This document shows positions 13,584 through 40,257 of a stretch of DNA of 64,000 bases, one piece after another. Source of the DNA: Flaccisagitta enflata (taxonomy: Eukaryota). The stretch lies in contig OZ231126.1 in NCBI GenBank assembly GCA_965153355.1, forward strand, positions 2,914,001 through 2,978,000, written 5' to 3'. Within the stretch, counting starts at the first letter, position 1; each line of letters begins with the position of its first letter. A program made the translations under genes and the position numbers. The notes under the pieces are model-generated. The model was not told where the DNA came from. It did not search any database and saw nothing but the letters and a program-made list of their open reading frames with translations.

Positions 13584-15841
13584 CGACAACAACGACAACA
13601 ACAACAATGACAACAACAACAAAAATAATTAACAAAACTACCTCGGGATTTTTGTGTCATCCCGCATTTATCCATTTGTTTAGCTGTTTAGCTGTTTAGC
13701 TGTTTAGCTGTAGCTTAAAGATAAATTATTCACTCACTGATCTCATTGGGGATTTTTATGACGGGTATGGGTCTTAGGAATGGAAGGAAATTCATTTGAC
13801 ATCAATATTGAAGGGTCTAGTTGCGCGCGATTTGATCACAATATGCAAATGAGATTTCAATGATTTTTGAAAAATATCAGATAAACTGACTATAGCAATT
13901 TCCCCATGATATGTCATAAATGCATAATGCGGAAGTAAAATGTGCACTACAAAATATTCTGTCACTGTATCATTGCTGCAGAGGTTAGACAATTGTGCAG
14001 ATGGTTGTGGTGGACAAGGAGGAGGAGGAGAGAGAACCGGTAAATGTGTGTTTTTATCAATTTTGGCCGGTGTCACTCTTTTCTGGGATTGAAAGTGGAG
14101 CAAAGAGCTAAATTGATGATTTTACCATGAGTGAATACCTTAATTTACTAATCAATCGATAGAACAAAGAATGTACAGTAGATGTCGTCTAGACTTGGAA
14201 ATACGGGGGAATTCATTACAGGAAAACAAATTTACTTAAGAGACTGATATTTGGAATATAGACTAATAAAAGGATGCTTTGTTGCCCATGGGTGTTGGTT
14301 GCTATGGAAACTCATTTTCATGTATTCACTCTAAAGTATCAATATTTTGAGGGATCATTGTTTGAAAGAAAATTTGCCACAACTTTCCCACAGTATGTTC
14401 TGTAAGAATATTGCTCGTTTCGCCGTTGCTAGGGAGCGTAACTATGTGTTACAGCCCTGTGATGCTCCCTAGCAACCGCCAAACCAGCGATATTCTTACA
14501 GAACATACTGTGGGAAAGTTGTAGCAAATTTTATTTTAAATAATGTTCCCTCAAAAAATTTCTCAAAAAATTGATGCTTTAGCGTAAATACATGGAAATG
14601 TGTTTCCATGGCAACTAACACCCATGGGCAATAAAGCATCCTTTTATTAGTTTATATTCCAAATATCACTCGCTTAACTTAATTTGTCTTCCTGTGATGA
14701 ATTCCCCCGTATTTCCAAGTCTAGACAACATCTACTGTATGAATGAATCAGTCAATGAATTGATCCAGGTATGAATGAACAGAAGATTGAATGATTGGAT
14801 GAATAAATGGACTTTCCATTCCATAAATATAGTGCAGGTGTGATAAACCACATCTCAGACAAACGACGTCTAGAGAGAGAGAGCCTAGATTTCCACATTA
14901 GTTGTCTTTACATCGGTCTTCCCAAGTTTTTTTTTTCTTTTCTGATTTATTTAAGTATCCTAATTGAGGCAAAAAGTTTTGCTAATGTCTAAGCCGAAAG
15001 ATTTGCTTTATGGACGCCACAAATCCACATGTTACGAAAAATGTGCGAATCTGCATCATCTTCTGATCATCATTCGCAGGTGGTTTTGATATGATCTTTT
15101 TATTTATGCGGAATATTGACACCCCTGACGCACTGAGCACCATGAAAACCTCTAGAATGACTTCACCGTAACTCGCATTCCAGATTCATGGCCTGGAACG
15201 TACGTGAAACATCAAATTAAAGAGTTGGAGTGGAAAAATGTAAACGGCGGATTGTAAAAAAGGTCGTTAGCAGGCCAGGAACTACATGTTTGAATCAAAT
15301 TCTATCAATTAGAGTGATATCTGAATGTATTTCTTAAGAAAATCTATGTTTTATCACATTCTGAAAAATAAATCGGAACACGGTATGAGCAAAAAATCGC
15401 CTACGACATTCTTTTTTTCGCTTTGTCACCAACTTAAAAAGGCAAGTCAATTTTGTGAGATGAATTCATCGACTTTTAAGCGAACAAAATAAAAACATGT
15501 CAGCAAGGCCAAAATTCGACCTACACAGTCTATGGACATTACAGTATTTGTAGATATATCAGCAGTTTAGTATATCTCAATTCATTGAAATCTCTTATTC
15601 TAGCGCATTTTACCCCGTTGAGATCTCTCATTTTGCTAAGATGAATCTTATACATGAGAGATCTCAACGCGTTGAAATTTACCAAAATGAAAGATCTTAA
15701 CGGGTTGAAATATGCCAGAGTGAAAGATCTCAATAGGTTGAGATGTGCCAAACTGCTGATATATCTACAAATACCGTTTTGTCCACTGACTGTATAGTTT
15801 CATTCCTGCGACTGAGCCTGTTATTGCGCGTGGGCAAGAGA

Positions 15842-15922
<81 letters not shown>

Positions 15923-18900
15923 GGAAAATGAAACTTGCCCGATTTTGATCAATTTCAAGCCAACAAAAAAAACGACACGGACAGACTGACGGACGGACCA
16001 ATGGGCCAACGGACGGACAAAGGTTCTTATAAATATGCGAGGACGCATCTAGAAATGCAAACATGCCGTTTTGGGTCCTTGAATCCCGCAGATAGGGCCT
16101 ACAGGCAATCATGAGCCTTCTTTTTTAGATGCGTCCTCGCATCTCTATGATAGGCCATGTCCGTCTGTTGGTTGGTCGGTCGGTTGGTTACGACGGCGAG
16201 CATCTGAAGGTAAGATTTAGTGTGTCAACAGGGGTCAAAATGGAAATTTTCATGAGAATAGAAATGAAAAATGACTTTGAAAAAATCATTGTAGTATATC
16301 ATGGTAAATATTTAATTGCAAAATTTGCATTCAAATTGAACAAAAGAGCAAGTATTGACACCATCAACTTAAAATATTCACTAAAAAATTTCCAGAGTTT
16401 TATATTTGTTCACTGATAGGAGGCTTGTTAAAATTATATCTTTGCATAGAAAATAGAAAAATACAAAAATGAAGAACATAGCCGCCTCCGAAAATTGATT
16501 AAAGAGGCGGCTATGTTTTTGAAAATGCAAAATTCCTCTGCATTTGAGTGTCTTATAATTTTAACAGCAGCAATTGGATAAAAAGTGTAAACAAAATTTC
16601 AGTAAAAAACTTTTTTTCGTTGCTTTGCTTATGTGAATTGCTGATTATAAGGTTCATTAGAGGTCAGCATATGACAAAGACATACACACAGTGTGTTTCT
16701 GGGGACAATTTGTCTCTTGAAAATATTTTTGGCATCATTATTATTCAACTATAGTTGAAAAAATGTGGCGAAACACTAAATGTGGCATCAAATGCTCGCC
16801 GTCTTACGCATTCGTCCAAATCGAAAAATCCACGATATCTTTACAGAATATTGCATCATAAATATCATATGCCAGAGGTGTCACGATTTTTTTCTTTACA
16901 GAATCGACCAGGTCGATCGAATCATGGTCGATTCAAAATAAAATATCGACTCAGTATCGACCACAGGTCGATTTTTCGCCAGTTTGCCCTCTTCCCATAT
17001 AGAAATGCTGTTTACTGTTACAGCAACATGTTTGAGAAACCACTCGGTATCACAAGATGGAACATTTGGGATTTTGACCTTTGCTTTGTAGATATTTGTA
17101 GTCGATAGAAGAACAAGGCCGGATACACGGCAATCCAGTCGCGGACGGTTGGGCAGGAGCAGTAATGCGAAAAACCGCTCGGAATTCAAAAATGTGACGG
17201 ACGGACGGATGGACCTACCGATGGACCTACCGACGGACCTACCGACCGACACGGCAAGGTGTAGAGTCGCGTGTCCACGACTAAAAACAATATTGTTGAG
17301 GATGGGTGAGCAGGGGCATCCAACCCCCATCCATACCCCAACCCACCCCCAACACTCAAACATCCACAAAAAGTATCGAAATGCTCAATTTCCCACTTTT
17401 CAACTATCACCATGATAGACGGACAGATGGACGGACGGACGGATGGATGGACGAATGGATGGACGGACGGACGGACAGACGGACGGACGGACGGACAGAC
17501 GGACGGACAGAGGGACGGATGGAGGGACGGACAGACGGCCGGACAAACAGACGGACGGATGGATAGATGGACGGATGGACAGTTGGACAGACGGATGGAC
17601 GGACAGACGGACAGATGGAAGGACTGAGGGATGGATGGACCAATGGACCTACAATTGGAGAAAGCCTCTTAAAGAATTACGTGTTCGCAACTAAAAAGAG
17701 TAGAGAAGCACTCATTGGGAGCAGGAGAAAACTCTGCTTAAAGCCGAAGGTATTTTATTTGTTACTTAATCTAACTTTTTTTTTCGTAATTGAACAAGGC
17801 GACATTGAGCGCGCTTGTTAGTTTTTTTAGATGCTGACAGTCAACTCTATCAGAGGCTTTGTCCGTCCATCTGTTGGTCCATCTGTTGGGCCGTGACGCC
17901 TGAGTTAAAAACGCATAGACATGCATTTACGATTTATGAAGTTGCTCTTTATGCATATCAATTTGAGGAGGGTGTCAGCAAGCCCCGTGAGGCTTGACTC
18001 AAGCTCGAATTTTCTCGCCTCGATTCCATAGTTTTCTGCACATTTCCATTTTAAACAAATGATTTTTTTGATTGTTTTCAGTTCATTCATCATTCCATTT
18101 TTATTCATTCAACATTAACAGTATTCGGTTTAGCAAGCATATTTCTTATTTTAAATCAGAGATCAATCTCATTTCTAAATTTTTGCTAGCTTCCTTTGTG
18201 CTAAAAAAAAAGAAGAAAAAAATTGACCCGATACACTTGTCATTTGGTGAATCAGGAAGATTATTTAGAAATGTTGAAAATCGACCCGATTAATCATCTA
18301 GACGATATCAGATGTGTCATAATCATCATCATCGTCAACATATTCGTCATCATCATCTTCATCGTCGTCATCATCAGCGTCGTCGTCAAAGTTGTCATCA
18401 TCAGCGTCAACGTTACAATCCACATCGTTGTCATCTTTCATCATTATCATCATTATCAGTTTTTTAGATGCGTCCTCGCATCTCTATAATTGGCCGTGTC
18501 CGTCCGTTGGTCAGTCGGTCGGTCGGTCGGTCGGTCATCACCATCAACATCATCATCATCAACACCATCATCCCCATCACCATCATCATCGTCATCATCG
18601 TCGTCTTTGTCTTCATCATCATTATCGTCCTCATCATCGTCATTGTAGTCCTCATCATCATTGTCGTCCTCATCGGCGTCATCATTGTCATCATCGTCAT
18701 CATCATCGTCGTCATCATTGTCATCATCATCGTCATTGTCGTCATGTTACACCTTATAAAGTGAGATCGTATAAAGTAAACCTTATAAAGTGAGACCGTA
18801 TAAAGTAGACCTTATAAAGTGAGACCGTATAAAGTAGACCATATAAAGTGAGACCGTATAAAGTAAGACCATATAAAGTAAGACCCTATACAATGAGACC

Positions 18901-21900
18901 ATATGAAATTAGACCATATGAAATTAGACCATATAAACCAAGACCGTATAATTATAAAGAAAGACCATATAAACCAAGACAAGACGCATCTTTGAAATAA
19001 GAGCAGTCATTTCAACACCTTTTTAAGAATAAATAAAGTAGAATAGTTTAAATAGAAAATATCAAGTAAGACCATAGAAATGAAGACTATGAAGTAAGAC
19101 CCATATAAAGAGAAGAGGACGCATTGTTGGCCTATCTGGCCTTGTTTATTCCCTGCCCTCTCCTGCCCTAGATGATAGTGTCTGTACAGATAGATTGGCA
19201 CTTCATTGTCACAAAAGAGAACAGGTTGACCAAGGGCAATATGCGGTCAGCGATTACCATTGCCCCGCTTTGTTTGACTTTGTATATGAGTGGGGGGAAG
19301 CAGGGAAGCATCCTTGAAAAGGACACAATCTTGTAGAACACATTGGGACTTTCATTCATTCGTCTGTCCTCCCACTCATCCATGATTTGAGGCCTCTTAG
19401 AGTGGAAATCTGGGAGGGATAATAAAAGGCTTATTAGGGGCCTTAGCCACGCCACGGGGAAAACCTCTGCAGGCTGTATTAAATACTCGGTCTTAATGGC
19501 TATTGGTTTCGTCATCAGGAAGACTTCCTCTATCTGTTTCCATAAGAGTCAAAAGAAATGCGCTTCAAAATTTGTTTAAAATCAACAAAATGTGCCTCTA
19601 CAACCATGTTTTTTGCCATGAGTCTTTTCACATTAAAATCTTAAAAATTTTGATTAAAGATTCAAGTTCCTGGTAAAATTTCCAATTGTTTGATAGGTCG
19701 CACTATATAGTTTTACTCAAAAATAAAAAAATCCAATTTTCTCTCAACACATGACAACAACATTACTAATATAACAACCAACAGTGATGTAACACAAAAT
19801 TGAACTCTTTTGTTTCTTGATTAAAGCATGTAGTGCGACATATCAAATGAATGGAAATTTTTCAAGGAATACGATTCTTTCACAAGAATTATAGATGGCT
19901 TCAACCAATCAACTTATCTTGCAAAACATAAAAAATGTTAAACATTTTGTTGATTTAAACACAATTTTGAAGGAGAATTTTTTTCTCTGTGCTATGAAGT
20001 GATATAGTAGACCTTCCTGAAGCCCAGACCAGTCACCGTCATGACCGAGCATTTTTCTTGACCTATGAAAGCCTCCCCCGTAGCGTGTAGCAGGCTCATT
20101 CAAGGCCTGAAAGGGCTGATTTGAGGCCTGATTTAAGTACTGAATGGGCTGATTTGAGGCTTGAGAGGGCTGAATTAAGGCCCAGGAGCCCTGAGATGCC
20201 TAAGAAGGCGAATTTTAGGGCTGAGGGACTTGGTTTGACGCCTAAGAGGCATGATTTGAAGCCCAACAGGCCTGTTTGAGGTCTGTGAGACCTGAATTTA
20301 GTCCTGAGTGGCTCAATGGGGGGGGGGTACAATTGGAAAAACAAATTGATGAAAGGACAGACGCTTGAACAAGTCCTTGACCCTGTTTGTTCAAAAGGAC
20401 TTCATTCCCTTTGGAGCCGCTGCCCAAAAAAACTACTGAAAATGCCAATATTTTGATCGTTTCTGACTGTTTTGACCCTCTTCGGAAACCCTAGATGGGC
20501 CCCCTTGGGAGTTCCCAGCCTTAATTTGTGTACCCCACCACCAGATACACCAGATAACAGTATGTTAACATAAGAATTACAGCTCCATTAACCTCTCAGG
20601 AGAAATCGCGACAAAAATCTCATTATTAATCATCATTTTAGCTAACCATGAGGACCCCTAAAGGGGCCCCTAGAGGCTACTATTATCTATTTCTTAAAAC
20701 TTCATATTCTACTTCTAAATAATGTTCAAACAAGACCAATACCAAGGTTTTTCATTAATCCATTTATTAGATTAAAAAACCCAGGTGAGTCATAAATCAA
20801 ACAGTTCTTCACATTTTTGCGAATCTTACCTTGCTAATTCCAACCTAGGCAATCGACCTTCTACCTTACATGTTGTAGCTAATTCAGGCAACAACAACAC
20901 AAGTTGAAAAATCCACGAATCTCTTTTGCAACTTGTGGTCAAATCGCGCGCAACTAGACCATTGAAATATTTGCTAAAACTGTCATGGATTACTTCCTAA
21001 AGGTCTAAACTGTAAGAAAAATCCCCGATGGTAAAGGTGGAAACAGTTTTCATCATTTAACTACAACCTGTTTACATCAACAACCTGTTTACATAAACCA
21101 TAAACAAAGAGAAACAAGATTTTGGAAACAGTACAGTGGGGTTTGTGGAATAACAGCCTAAACTGGAGGAAGGTATTTAAGTGTCTTAATTTCATTTAAC
21201 AAATTTGATATTTAGATTATAAGTTGTTCACTTGATGCTTTTGTCCCTGAGTTTTTTGGTTGCTATGGAAACCAAAATTATTTTTTTGAACATTTATAAC
21301 AACTAGAATATCGATATTTTGACAAATATTATCAGGGAACATTGCTCAGAATCAAATTTGCTACAACTTTCCCACAGTATGTCCTGTAAGAATATTGCTC
21401 GTTAAGCCGTTGCTAGGGAGCATCATTCAGCGGTTGCTAGGTGTGATGCCCCTTAGCAACGGCCAAACGAGCAATATTCTTACAGAATATACTGTGGGAA
21501 AGTTGTTGTAAATTTAATTTTGAGCAATGTTCCCTGACAATATTTCTCAGAATATTGATATTTTTGTGGTTAAAAATGTTGGAAAAAATAATTTTGGTTT
21601 CCATAGCAACCGAAAAACTCAGAGACAAAAGCATCAAGTGAACAACTTATATTTCAAATATCAAGTTTGTCAAATGAAATTAAGACACTTAAATACCTTC
21701 CTCCAGTTTAAGCTGTTATTCCACGAACCCCACTGTACTAACATTTCCACCGCCGTTACAATGCGTCGGGATGAAATGACAGGAGCTAACACTAGAACCA
21801 AAATGACAGTAGCAACAATCTACTATGTCTTATTAAGTGCAATCATTCAGGCAAGATCTAGTTGACTTACATTTCATTATCTCCTCGGTGCCGTGAAAGA

Positions 21901-22764
21901 TGAAAAGAATGGACGTTGTAGCGCGTGTCAAGGCCCTGACGATACATGAGATACGATACAATGCGCTGACGAATTGTACCCCATCGACTATGACGGCGAC
22001 TGCGGGCCACTGAGCGCCGAGTGGATGAAATGAATCGCCTTCAACTTCGAACGTGAAATCATCCCGAATTCCATCCTGCTGCAACTCGTCCTCGATTCTC
22101 TCTCTGAGCCGTCGATGACCAGAGACCATCACAAGGATGCATCCAGCTGGACGCGAGGGAGCAGCCTCGTGAAACAGAGCATGTAACGCTGTGAGAGGAG
22201 GAATTTTTTAGTCGCGTACATATTTTATATCCCTTTTTTTCGATCGCTTGGTCGGTCGGTCGGACTATCCATCTACCAAACTCCGTTTTACTTTTAGTTT
22301 TAGCGAGGTATGCGTGTCATATCCCAGTCACTGCCTTTATTTTGCTCCAGTGGCACCTGCTGCATTGCCTGTATCCACCCACACGCGATTTTAGGCAGAC
22401 GTGTCTGTCTTGTCATTTTCGCTCTTCATTAGTTATTTTATAGTGTTAAGGATATGATACAGTTGATACAGTTGCGCTCCCCTGCAACTCATCCGAAAAA
22501 AAAGAAAGAAATCCGCCTGTTAGGGTAAGCCGTAAGGTTTTTTTTTCAAAATTGCCTCTGGTACTCCAGGTGATCTGGGGTGAGATTAAACCGGGGGGTT
22601 GCTCGGGGTTGAACCCCAAGTCAACCCCGAGCTCGGGATTTTCTCAGAGTTGCTCAGGGTTGCTCGGAATTTGCTCGGGGTTGACAGAAATTATTCAATT
22701 ATTCATTTTAAAAACGCACAGCAACCATAACAACAAGAACAACAACAACAACAACAACAACATA

Positions 22765-22831
<67 letters not shown>

Positions 22832-25427
22832 CAATTCTGAGCCAACCCCGAGGAAACCCGAGCAACCCCGAGCTTGGGGGGCTCCTGATCAGGATTGGGC
22901 GGCTCCTGATCAGGATTGGCTACAGACGGACCAACCGACCAACAGACATATTGAGTAATAGAGTTTTGTACACGCGACTAAAAACATTGGTGCCACATGG
23001 AGTTGTCAGTTTGGTTCTTGATTTTGTTTTGCTGATATCGTTGTTATTTACGAAACATTGAAAAAATACTCCATTAAAGAAAAGCATCAATGGAAAAAAT
23101 AACCTGTCAGCTTTTTCACGGTTGTCACGAGAAATTTCTGCTGTTCGTCCCACGGCGTTGTAACTTCAATGACATCTGGATCTAAACCTTCGATAGTGAC
23201 TCCAACAGTAGGTGGTAATTGACGTAATACATCTGAACCTTCAAAGTTGGGATAACCTGCGATAAACTCAACCAACTTCCGCGTTGCTCTGAGGGAAAAG
23301 GAAAGCCGATGGTACTCAAATTTGCGACCATGAATGGAATTTAGGTCTTCGAGGATATGATTTTCATGAATATCATGATCAGATGAAAAAAGGACGACAT
23401 TTTGGCTAGAAGCAAAGTTTTTGACAAAATCACTGATTTCAAAACTTTTAGCCTCGTCGAAGAGAATCAAATCTCGACTAAACCAACTGTTCTTATCCTC
23501 ATTCTCAGCAAAATACTCATGCTCAGCTGCATTTTCATGCCCGACCACCACTCTGTCGCGTAAATTGGGATCTTCGTAGACGCGACGCCGAAGTTGCTGA
23601 GTCACCACTTTGTGCAATAAGTCAACGCGGATGAAGACTTTCTTCTCCGCGTCGTCCACGATTCTCACAAATTCGCGCGCCATCTCAAAGAGAATGAGAG
23701 TCTTACCAGCGCCAGGCGGCCCATGCACTGTTGATGAAGAAAGGAGTCAACATTATCATTTTCAGAAAACAAAGAACGAAAGCGTCTATCATTATATTGT
23801 CATTCTTATTGCTAGCCGACCGGACACTAATTGCAATCGTTGAATGCAAGATACATGCACAAATATGGATGCGATCACTGCACTAATGGTTGGTGTTATC
23901 TGGCTTGATGGCCAAGTGAAAGAACAATTACATTGTGTACAATATGCACACTTTTCAATGATGCCTACCCAAGAGACTCAATGGTTGCCTATTTCGAAAC
24001 GCGTCGCGTGCCACCTCCATGATCCGATGTTGTTCTTCTGTAAACATGGCAGCGTTTGATTTGCCCCATTTTTGATCATCCAATTTCTCGTGAAGGAGCA
24101 GATTTTCATTCTGGAGACGATTGAGCATCACCAGCTTTGCTATCAGGGGCTTCGCCTTTGATGACTCCATTTTAAGTGTTGACCTTCTCTTTATCTCCTC
24201 TAGACGATCTCGGATTCTGACTTTTTCTTTGGCCAATGCCGACCTATCTGACACAGCCACGTGGATCTTTCCGATGGCATCGACACTGACTTCCCCAAGT
24301 TCCGCCAACATATCGATTTTCTCGTTTATTGAACGGAGGTTGCCTTCGCTGGTTTCGTCAACTTTGTCAAACTGAAAAATGACACAGCCGACTTCTGGCG
24401 AAAAAATAAGAATGTCGAATGCCTGTTTCCAAAATGCGGAAATGCCTTCGACATTTGACGCCGGCATGGATGCCAACTCGAGAGCCGTTTGGACCCTCTT
24501 TGGCGTGAGATTGGTAAAAATCACACTCCATCCATCTTTTCGGGCTCTTTTCCTGCTCGTTGATTGCTGACCCTTCAATTCCTTCATCCACCGGAGGACG
24601 CTGATGTAAATCTCCTGTTTATACTGCTCTTCTTCGCCACAAACTTGACCGTCATGGGAATATTTTTTCCCCAGATATGCCATAAACTGCTCGCATACTT
24701 CTGGAATTTCCGTTGGATCCTGACGAGCGAGACTGGGATACATAGTCAAGAGATGCTGAGCGACTTCCGGATTATCAATCGTGACTTTCCGGCCAGACGT
24801 GCCAGGTAAACTGAATTCAATCGCTCTGCATTGTGTTAGTCGATCAAACTGATTTTTTGCATCTATCGAAAACAACTGACAATTGGTAGAAAACAAATGG
24901 TACCTTGGTTTGATGCTAAAATTGTTTTCGTCAATGTCAAGAAACGCGCCGATCGTAATTGGAGTCGCGTCTCTTTTGACGAGGTATTGGATATTTGTCA
25001 CATCCAAGTGCGAAGGACCTATACGGCCACAATACGGCCTCTCTTCCTTTTTGGTGCCGATGACATTAAGACGATACTTGGTTACATCTTCTTCCTGAGA
25101 GCCAATCTGAGCGAGTATTCCTTGAGGTATCTTCTCTATGGTCACAAAGTGCGCAACGCCTTGTGGATCTTTCAGTGTGACTTCGACGTATTCGTGGCAC
25201 AGACGCCAGCCTCTGATTTTGAAACCCATTAACGGTGTAGGAACTAGATTTAGCTTGGATTCAAAGATGGAGAATTTTTCAATCACTCCTTGGTTGGTCA
25301 ATTCGGCGAGCTTTTCTTTGAACTCTTTTTGTGTGCCCTTGATGCAGGTTTCGATGTTGGCTTCTGATTTCGAACGGAAATCAGCGATTCTGAATACATA
25401 TTCAGCTCGTCCAAAGTATTGACTCAT
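12819..25427 (-). CDS. ~935-aa multidomain protein: permuted papain-like (PPPDE/LRAT-like) N-terminus, degenerate NERD-like segment, SF1/Schlafen-like P-loop helicase
   Basis: Exons 25427-23969, 23727-23104, 22188-21871, 13225-12819; all introns GT-AG phase 1, total 2808 nt in frame. Splicing restores Walker A LLVHGPPGAGKT. Also Walker B LILFDEAK, LSFSLRAT (motif IV-like), GAQWPAVAVI (V-like), RALTRATTSILFI (VI). N-terminal CHEYVEV...HFVTIEK...YHLFSTNCQLFS. Extra exons in the 8.6-kb intron cannot be excluded. Confidence 0.8.
14176..14737. mobile_element. Foldback MITE (~560-bp near-perfect palindrome), TA TSD
   Basis: ta|cagtagatgtcgtctagacttggaaatacgggggaattc ... gaattcccccgtatttccaagtctagacaacatctactg|ta; arms pair to the centre near 14455. 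Confidence 0.9.
15542..15776. mobile_element. Small MITE with ~28-bp TIRs and internal ~43-bp tandem units
   Basis: cagtatttgtagatatatcagcagttt ... aaactgctgatatatctacaaataccg; internal gagatctcaacg..ttgaaat repeats. Confidence 0.7.
17111..17697 (-). mobile_element. Two adjacent Helentron-associated (HINE/DINE-like) non-autonomous elements
   Basis: On the minus strand: TTTTTAG + short hairpin (tcgtggacacgcga; ttgcgaacacgtaa) + (GTCC/GTCG)n microsatellite; the 17111-17287 copy ends ggccttgtt. Confidence 0.6.
18460..19146 (+). mobile_element. HINE/DINE-like element with internal (CAT)n and ~21-bp (ataaagtgagaccgt) tandem arrays
   Basis: Starts tttttagatgcgtcctcgcatctctata + (cggt)n and ends gacgcattgttggcctatctggccttgttt. 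Confidence 0.6.
21134..21735. mobile_element. Foldback MITE (~600-bp palindrome), TA TSD; inner core shared with 14176-14737
   Basis: ta|cagtggggtttgtggaataacagc ... gctgttattccacgaaccccactg|ta; shared core caactttcccacagtatg..ctgtaagaatattgctcgtt..gccgttgctagggagc. Confidence 0.9.
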
Positions 25428-25686
25428 CTTCTTACTGTCGGTAATCGTTTGCTGTTGCAATGAAGTAGAATCAAGTGAAATCGACTTAGGATACAAATCG
25501 CGTAGAAACTATTACGTACATTGACGCTTGTAAATCTTTTGCCAGTATTGGCCAGAAATTATGATTCAATCAGGAAATACCACGTGGCATGGCTGCAGAC
25601 GTGCATGGCTGCACCTTGAAAACCGGTTTTCAAATTCAATTGGAAAATAACTAAGCAATGCCGGGTTTGAGGCAGAAAAAGAAGAC

Positions 25687-25765
<79 letters not shown>

Positions 25766-26964
25766 TTTAAACGTCTTGGCATCGTCATTAGTTGTTGATG
25801 TAAAGTAAAGGGCGATATTCAGTAGTGTGAAGGGCGATATTTAGTTGTGTAAAGGGCGATGTTTAGTAGTGTTCGCATCGAAACTGCCATTTAATGATAC
25901 CAAATGGCAACGCGCGAGGTTTCCATGTTGTAGCGTTGGTACCGATGTGCCAACTCATTGTTATCATTTAATGTGCTGATTTATTGTTACAAAGAAATGC
26001 CCGGACCTAAAATCCCGGATCCAAAATGTTGGCACATTTATGTCATCACTATTTGAAACTCATTATGGCAATGACAGATAAGAGAAATCCGCCTAAGGAA
26101 AAAAAGTCACTTTTTTGACATCCATATGTGGGGTTCTACTGTGATTGATTTTCCACTTTCCAGTGACAACTGACTAGGCGATTTTGCATTTCCGGCTGCG
26201 GTAATTATTTTGTCAACATCAAATGAGTCAATATGGACATGTTGATGAAAGGGTGTAAATTGCTATTTCAGCAACAACAGAGTTGGCGATAATTTTTTGG
26301 ATACATATGACAAAGCAAGAATTGGTTTGTTGACAAGAGTTATGTAGGCATAGAAACGGGGCGCAGTTTTATGGATTGATGCATAAAGGATAGTTGTGAG
26401 CAAACACCATTGAAAGCTTGCAAGGCTTTCATCCTTTGTATATTGGAGAAATCTGGCCTGCATTTATAAGGGCAATGTTGTTTCAACTTCCAAAAGTATC
26501 ACTACTCTGATAGAGAATGCCGGAGATCCCAGTTGGATGTACCTCGATTCTTGCGAGCGACGAGTAGCCCGTTAGAAACGCGATTGTCTTTGACTAGAAA
26601 CATCCCCTGAGTCTGCGGTGGTGTTAAAAAGTGGGGCAGCGGGAATAAATTCAAGGGATGTATAAAGTTGAGCGGCTTTTTATTTCTTTCCTCCCTTGGT
26701 CTTGGATTTCCTATTCCGCCCGTTGAAGAATCATTTAATTTTCTACCCTATAATAGAGTTTAAATCAAGGTAAAAATAGTGTAGAAAATTTTTGTAATTA
26801 TAAAACACTCATTTGGAACTGCCAAAAGTGTAAAATCTGCTAGAATTTTTTTTCCCAGCCTATGACTTTTTTCCTCATCCCTGAACCCTTTGATTTTACT
26901 GCCCCCCACTCAAGTTTATACACGCCTTGATCTCACATTAATATCATCCGTCTATTTCATTCAG

Positions 26965-40257
<13,293 letters not shown>

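Noticed and set aside
11120-14045. Possible small plus-strand exons (~11270-11363, ~12672-12723, ~13381-13500, ~13980-14039)
   Set aside because: Plausible splice signals but no recognisable protein, no OATP N-terminal motifs and no consistent chain that I could establish.
26385-26490. ~100-bp match to ~50500-50615 as a duplication breakpoint marker
   Set aside because: Looks like an ordinary dispersed repeat fragment; its position does not correspond to the block boundary at ~48560.
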